A stretch of 63,892 nt of DNA, counting the filler, from an uncultured bacterium (GTDB lineage: Bacteria; DAOPZR01), in assembly GCA_964637655.1 (NCBI GenBank). It is 6 parts of 6 records of this genome, joined end to end, with 100 filler letters (N's around TTAATTAATTAA, not from the genome) between each part and the next. Parts side by side here need not be neighbours in the genome. Positions count along the whole stretch, not along the records: positions 54,040 to 63,892 come from CAZWUZ010000143.1; 5 more parts are not named here. One strand, given 5' to 3'. A program made the translations under genes and the position numbers. Position 1 is the stretch's first letter; each line of letters opens with the position of its first letter. The notes beneath the pieces are model-generated. The model worked only from the letters and a program-made list of their open reading frames with translations. It had not been told where the DNA came from and searched no databases. Of the stretch, positions 59,744-63,892 are shown piece after piece.

Positions 59744-61381
59744 TCATGGCCGCTGGCGGTCCGCCATGGTCTCGCTCACACACCAGAAATCACCGGCGTC
59801 GAGGTCCCTGGCAACATTGTTGACGAGCCAGCAGAGGCGCTCGTAGACATCGATAATCGCCAGCATGGCGGTCTTGTCCTGCATGCTGCCGGTGTCGTCG
59901 GCGCCCAGACACCGCTGCCGGAACCGCGCCACGGTCGCCCCGCTGTCTTTGGCCGTGGCCAGGAGCAGTGCCAGCAGTTCCCGGTCCTGCTCCGCCATCA
60001 CCTCGCGCACGGTGATGATATTGGTATTGACCCCTTCAACGATATTCTGCGCGAGCGGGCGCAGTTGTGCCGAGTATTCCTGCCGGTCGATCAGCTCAGC
60101 GAGGCCGAACGTGGTTTCCTCCAGTGCCGTCAGCGCCGCCAGCAGGTTCTGGATCGCGAGCAGCCGCGCCGCCGTGGCCGGCGGCATGTCGAGTTTCATC
60201 AGGTCGCCGAGGTACTGCCGGATCTCGCGCAGCACGGTCAGGTTGGCGGTATGCAGTTCGCGGAACCCGTAGTTCAATTCCGGCGGCCGGTCGTCGCGCA
60301 CGGCCATGAGCGAATCCGGGATGCGGCCGCAGACCATGCGTATTTCCTGCAGCACGAGCTCCACTCCGACCTCCGCATCCTGCAGCCGCTCGGTGATATA
60401 CTGCAGCCGGTAGCGGTCCTCACTGCCGGCATCCGGCAGCAGCCGTTCGAGCTGGCGATAGAGCGGCTGCCGGAAGCAAGCCAGCGTCAGCGCGGAGACG
60501 CACTCGTAGACCAGATAAATCAGCGCGACCTGAAAACCGGGCTGCACGGTGAGTTGACTGATCAGCCATTTGAGCAGGGGCACCTGCAGATACGTCTCGA
60601 GGTAGAGCGCGGGAATGAGCACCAGGGCGCCCACCCATTTCAGCAGGGCATAGAAAACCACGATCCGGCGCGAGGAGCCCTTGAGCCCGGTGGCGAGCAG
60701 CCAGACGCTGCCGCCGGAGCCGAGGTTCGTGCCGATGATGAGCATGATCGTCTGATCGATATCGATAAGTCCGACGCTGGCGAACGAGACGGCGATAATG
60801 GCGATGGCTGAACCCGACTGGGTGAGCAGGGCCAGCGCGGCGCCGATGCCGAGCGCGGCGAACCGGTACTGGCTGGTCGCGAGCATGAGCTCGCGAAACC
60901 AGGCGACATCCGGCAACGCACCGGCACCGTCCTTGAGCAGCTGCAGGCCGTAGAAAATCAGGCCGATCCCGAGCAGCGCGCCCATGAATTTCCGGTAAGT
61001 TGCGTCGCGGCGCGCCCCGTACTGGAAGCCGATGCCGACGATGCCGAGGAGAAACAGCACGGCAACCTTGAGGTCGATAGCCGACCAGAAGACAATCAGC
61101 GACGAGCCGATGCTGGCCCCCAGCATCACCGGCAGCACCTCGCAGGCAGTCACGAAGCCCGCCGCGACAAACCCCGCCGTCACGAAGGCGATGGCCTTGG
61201 CGCTGTTGGCCACGGCGCCGGCCAGCAGTCCGGCGAGAAAAGCGACCCCGCTCCGGTCCAGCGACACGGCGATGCAGCGGCGCACGTAGCCCATGGAAAG
61301 CTGTTTCATGTTGTGGCTGAGCAGATTGATCCCGACGAAGAAGAGGCCGATACCGGCGACGATCAATCCCGTGAGTTCCAT
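59744..61381 (-). CDS. Na/Pi cotransporter family protein with PhoU-like C-terminal region
   Basis: GIGLFFVGI, GASIGSS, GLIFYGL.LLK, QSGSA, GTNLGS repeats; soluble helical C-domain. Confidence 0.88.
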   Translation of the reverse strand: MELTGLIVAGIGLFFVGINLLSHNMKQLSMGYVRRCIAVSLDRSGVAFLAGLLAGAVANSAKAIAFVTAGFVAAGFVTACEVLPVMLGASIGSSLIVFWSAIDLKVAVLFLLGIVGIGFQYGARRDATYRKFMGALLGIGLIFYGLQLLKDGAGALPDVAWFRELMLATSQYRFAALGIGAALALLTQSGSAIAIIAVSFASVGLIDIDQTIMLIIGTNLGSGGSVWLLATGLKGSSRRIVVFYALLKWVGALVLIPALYLETYLQVPLLKWLISQLTVQPGFQVALIYLVYECVSALTLACFRQPLYRQLERLLPDAGSEDRYRLQYITERLQDAEVGVELVLQEIRMVCGRIPDSLMAVRDDRPPELNYGFRELHTANLTVLREIRQYLGDLMKLDMPPATAARLLAIQNLLAALTALEETTFGLAELIDRQEYSAQLRPLAQNIVEGVNTNIITVREVMAEQDRELLALLLATAKDSGATVARFRQRCLGADDTGSMQDKTAMLAIIDVYERLCWLVNNVARDLDAGDFWCVSETMADRQRP

Positions 61382-61411
61382 CGGTCTGCCCCCGGCCTTT
61401 CCCCGTCCACC

Positions 61412-61481
61412 GTAACTATTCAGTCAATCTGTCCCCTCTCCTTGGGGAGAGGGAACTCACGGCAACCGGCTGAATAGTTGC
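61412..61481. mobile_element. 70-bp MITE, IS66-like ends, 8-bp target-site duplication
   Basis: TIR GTAACTATTCAG (61412-61423) / CTGAATAGTTGC (61470-61481), 11/12; flanked by CGTCCACC at 61404-61411 and 61482-61489; internal hairpin CCCTCTCC-TTGG-GGAGAGGG. Confidence 0.85.
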
Positions 61482-61534
61482 CGTCCACCAGCAATTCACG
61501 TATGGCAACGTCGCGCGCCTGTTGGCGCCGGTGT

Positions 61535-62209
61535 TCAGCGGGGCAGGCGTTCGTTGCTGCCGCCGGCCCTGTGCTGGAACGCGGTGATCGCCTCCAGCAG
61601 CAGCGCGTGCGCTTCCGTGGCCTCGACAAAAGATGTTCCCGCGGTGCGGCCCGGCCCCTTGTAATTGGTGAACCAGGTCTCCAGGATGAGCGTCACTCCG
61701 GCGTATTGTGCATTGAGTTCGGCCATGGTAGTGACGGAGGCGAACGGGCCGTCCGGCAGTACCGCGATCAGTTTGTCATCCTGCTCGCCGCTGTCCTCCA
61801 GCTGCAGCGCCCCGATGATCCTTACGGGTACCACCGCACCACGCGCCAGCGCCGGCCCCAGCACGACGATGTCCAAAGCGTCCCCGTCACCGCCGGTGGT
61901 GCGGGGGATACAACCGTAATTGACCGGATAGGCCAGGTAGTTGACCACCCGCGGCCGGCCGTCCAGAATATCCTGGACGAATTCACCGGTGCCCTGCCTG
62001 GTCTCCACTTCCCATTTGTCGGTCACGCCGGCCGGATTTTCGATAATGGCGTGCACGCTGCTGTCGCTCGCGATTGCCGGATAATCAAGGTACCGGTTTG
62101 GCGCAGGCAGCAGCCCGTGCGTCAGGGTATCGGCCGGTGCCGCCGCCTGAACCGCGCTGACCAGCATCAGACCGAGCACCAGCATAAGCGGGAAGATGTT
62201 TTTCATCAT
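61535..62209 (-). CDS. ppa: Family I inorganic pyrophosphatase with N-terminal signal peptide
   Basis: IENPAG..KWE, YPVNYGCIPRT, DGDALDIVVL, DSGEQDDKLIAV, WFTNYK; leader MMKNIFPLMLVLGLMLVSAVQA. Confidence 0.9.
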   Translation of the reverse strand: MMKNIFPLMLVLGLMLVSAVQAAAPADTLTHGLLPAPNRYLDYPAIASDSSVHAIIENPAGVTDKWEVETRQGTGEFVQDILDGRPRVVNYLAYPVNYGCIPRTTGGDGDALDIVVLGPALARGAVVPVRIIGALQLEDSGEQDDKLIAVLPDGPFASVTTMAELNAQYAGVTLILETWFTNYKGPGRTAGTSFVEATEAHALLLEAITAFQHRAGGSNERLPR

Positions 62210-62381
62210 CCGGTCTCCTCACTTCGGGTGGCGGCCGGAACACCGGCGTGCTGCGTCCTGCCGGTTGTGGCTGCCGTCGCGAAAAAGTCTGCCGCAGTAC
62301 CTCAGGCCGCCCGCGCCGTCGCCCCGGCCCGCTTGTCCAGCGGGGTGCGCAGTCCCCGGTGCCCGTCGCGCCAGGGAGCGG

Positions 62382-63383
62382 TCAGCTGACCGTTGCGCGC
62401 AGCCGCTCCGGGACGCTCAGCCCGACGGCGGCCGCGGCTTCCGGCACCACGGTCAACCGGCGTACCGGGTTGGCGACATTGACGAAAGGCATGGTTGCCG
62501 GGTCGGTTCCTTCGAGGACCCGCACGGCCATTTCCGCGAAGCGGCGCATGATGGTCTGCATGCCGTTCCCCGGCGATTTCAAGTACATGCTGGGCCTGAT
62601 ATCCGCACCCGGCCAGAGCGCCAGCAGCGGGAGCGTGGCGGCAGCGGCGGTCTGGCTGAGCAGCGGGCCGGTCATCATTGACTGCGCGTCGGGCAGCGGC
62701 AGTACCGCGTCGAGGCGTTCGGCACACAGCGCTTTGGCTGCTTCACCGGCTTCGCTCGAGGTGACATAGCCCCTGGTTACCAGTTCCAGGCCCTTGCGCC
62801 GGCAGGCGGCGGCATAGGTGCGCACCAGGGCCTCGGATTCCGCGTTGCCGGTGATGGTCAGTGTCCCGATCCGTTTCGCTGTTGGCCGGCAGGCGACCAG
62901 TCCGTCCAGCAGTTCATCGATGGCCAGGGCCGTGTAGCATCCGGTGACGTGCGCCGCGTGCTCAGTGTCCGACGTGCCGGCGCCGAGGGCGAAAGGGTCG
63001 GCGATAATGGCGAAGACCTTGTTGATTTCCGGCGCCCGCTGCATCGCGGTATACAGGACCGGCGACTGGAAAGTGACCAGCAGGTCCGCGCGGTCGGTCA
63101 CCGCGGCGTCGATCAGCAGCGGGACCATGGTCATGTCGTTCTGGGCGGAACGCACCTGCAGCGCGAAGTCGCGTCCTTCCTGATACCCCTTTTCCTGCAG
63201 CAGGTCCTTGAGTGCGGCCACGTGTCCCGCCGAATACAGCGGGCCCTCGGTGAAACTTACCAGCACGATGCGCCAGGGTTTGCCGCCCGGGGTCGTGCTT
63301 GCCGCCGGCGGTGCGGCAGTTTGGCCGCAGCCGGCCAGCAGCACGGCGGTGATCAGGGCCACTACCGCGTGGCGGATGTTCAT
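62382..63383 (-). CDS. ABC-type substrate-binding lipoprotein (ABC_sub_bind family), orphan
   Basis: GAGGAG RBS; lipobox LAGC; SAQND, VFAIIADP, HVTG, GTDPATMPF; paralog of the gene at 29254. Confidence 0.8.
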   Translation of the reverse strand: MNIRHAVVALITAVLLAGCGQTAAPPAASTTPGGKPWRIVLVSFTEGPLYSAGHVAALKDLLQEKGYQEGRDFALQVRSAQNDMTMVPLLIDAAVTDRADLLVTFQSPVLYTAMQRAPEINKVFAIIADPFALGAGTSDTEHAAHVTGCYTALAIDELLDGLVACRPTAKRIGTLTITGNAESEALVRTYAAACRRKGLELVTRGYVTSSEAGEAAKALCAERLDAVLPLPDAQSMMTGPLLSQTAAAATLPLLALWPGADIRPSMYLKSPGNGMQTIMRRFAEMAVRVLEGTDPATMPFVNVANPVRRLTVVPEAAAAVGLSVPERLRATVS

Positions 63384-63546
63384 GGTGCACTCCTCAGCCA
63401 GGTGGCATTCGTGGATCGTCGTCGGCGTTCTATCACTTATTCGCCGGCACGTCAACCGCTGCCCGGACGTTGTCGCCACCGTCCGTCAGACGGGCCCGAC
63501 GGAGCGTGCGGCTGCCGCAGCCGGCGGCTTGGGAATTTCCTGCCGG

Positions 63547-63575
63547 TTGACGGCTGTCCAACATGGTGTTACGAT
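63547..63575 (+). promoter_or_regulatory. Putative sigma70 promoter
   Basis: TTGACG-17 nt-TACGAT with TG extended -10, followed by RBS GGAGGAGG at 63601. Confidence 0.6.
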
Positions 63576-63612
63576 GCGCGCGCAGTGAAGGGAAACGGCT
63601 GGAGGAGGAGCA

Positions 63613-63892
63613 GTGACGTACCGGAAAATAATGCCGCGACAGAGTGCCTGGCGACTGCTGGTCTGGCTGCTCGTTCTGCTCCCGCTGGTGGTGCCACCGA
63701 CGGCGGCGGCCGACCCCGACCGGGCCCAGGTGTCCTCCACCCGGCTAATCGAACACCTGAACCGCGCGACGGGCAATCGCGTGCAGCTCGTCAGGCGGAG
63801 CGGCAACGGGCCGGTCAGCATGATCGGGACCGATCCGGGCCATGCCATAACGCCCGCGCGACCGGGCTCAGGGGCCACCATGGACGAGCGGC
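63613..63892 (+). CDS. Secreted protein N-terminus (runs off the window; possibly an M4/thermolysin-type propeptide)
   Basis: Strong RBS then GTG; MTYRKIMPRQSAWRLLVWLLVLLPLVVPPTAAA-DP...; no stop before the window end. The product guess is weak. Confidence 0.5.
   Translation, partial: MTYRKIMPRQSAWRLLVWLLVLLPLVVPPTAAADPDRAQVSSTRLIEHLNRATGNRVQLVRRSGNGPVSMIGTDPGHAITPARPGSGATMDER

Overview
The window is not continuous DNA. It is six GC-rich bacterial contigs joined by artificial N44-TTAATTAATTAA-N44 linkers, probably from a draft or metagenome-assembled genome; the four complete contigs are 10.5-10.9 kb and in decreasing size order. Contig 1 (1-10892) is the S10-spc ribosomal protein superoperon from the rplC 3' end to infA, with no rpmD/L30. 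Contig 2 (10993-21876) is one open frame of >3600 aa, open at both ends, encoding a giant modular beta-helix/FN3/Ig-like surface protein. It is saturated with D-S/D-T dipeptides and shows mosaic internal DNA duplications. Contig 3 carries a BtrH-like gene, glgX, a MocA/MobA-like NTP transferase, an acyl-CoA dehydrogenase-EtfB-ferredoxin/EtfA (bifurcating-type) operon, argC and a LarA-family gene. Contig 4 carries the thiL-tsaE-tsaB-rimI operon, interrupted by a repeat lipoprotein and an AT-richer RAYT-like HUH transposase bounded by 33-bp inverted repeats that apparently supply the N-terminus of TsaE. It also has tRNA-His and neuB/neuA. Contig 5 is a nucleotide-metabolism/signalling string: ispG end, PHP, diguanylate cyclase, NUDIX, SH3 protein, add, YdjM-like hydrolase, a large cNMP-domain protein and an EEP enzyme. 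Contig 6 has a GT-C membrane protein, secreted hypotheticals, and a signal-peptide-bearing pyrophosphatase next to a Na/Pi cotransporter, with a 70-bp IS66-type MITE (12-bp TIR, 8-bp TSD) between them. The most interesting items are the IR-bounded RAYT at tsaE with related GGGACRGG repeats elsewhere, the D(S/T)-saturated giant protein, the exported PPase plus Pi transporter, and the MITE. All assignments come from motif recognition by eye; no database search was run.
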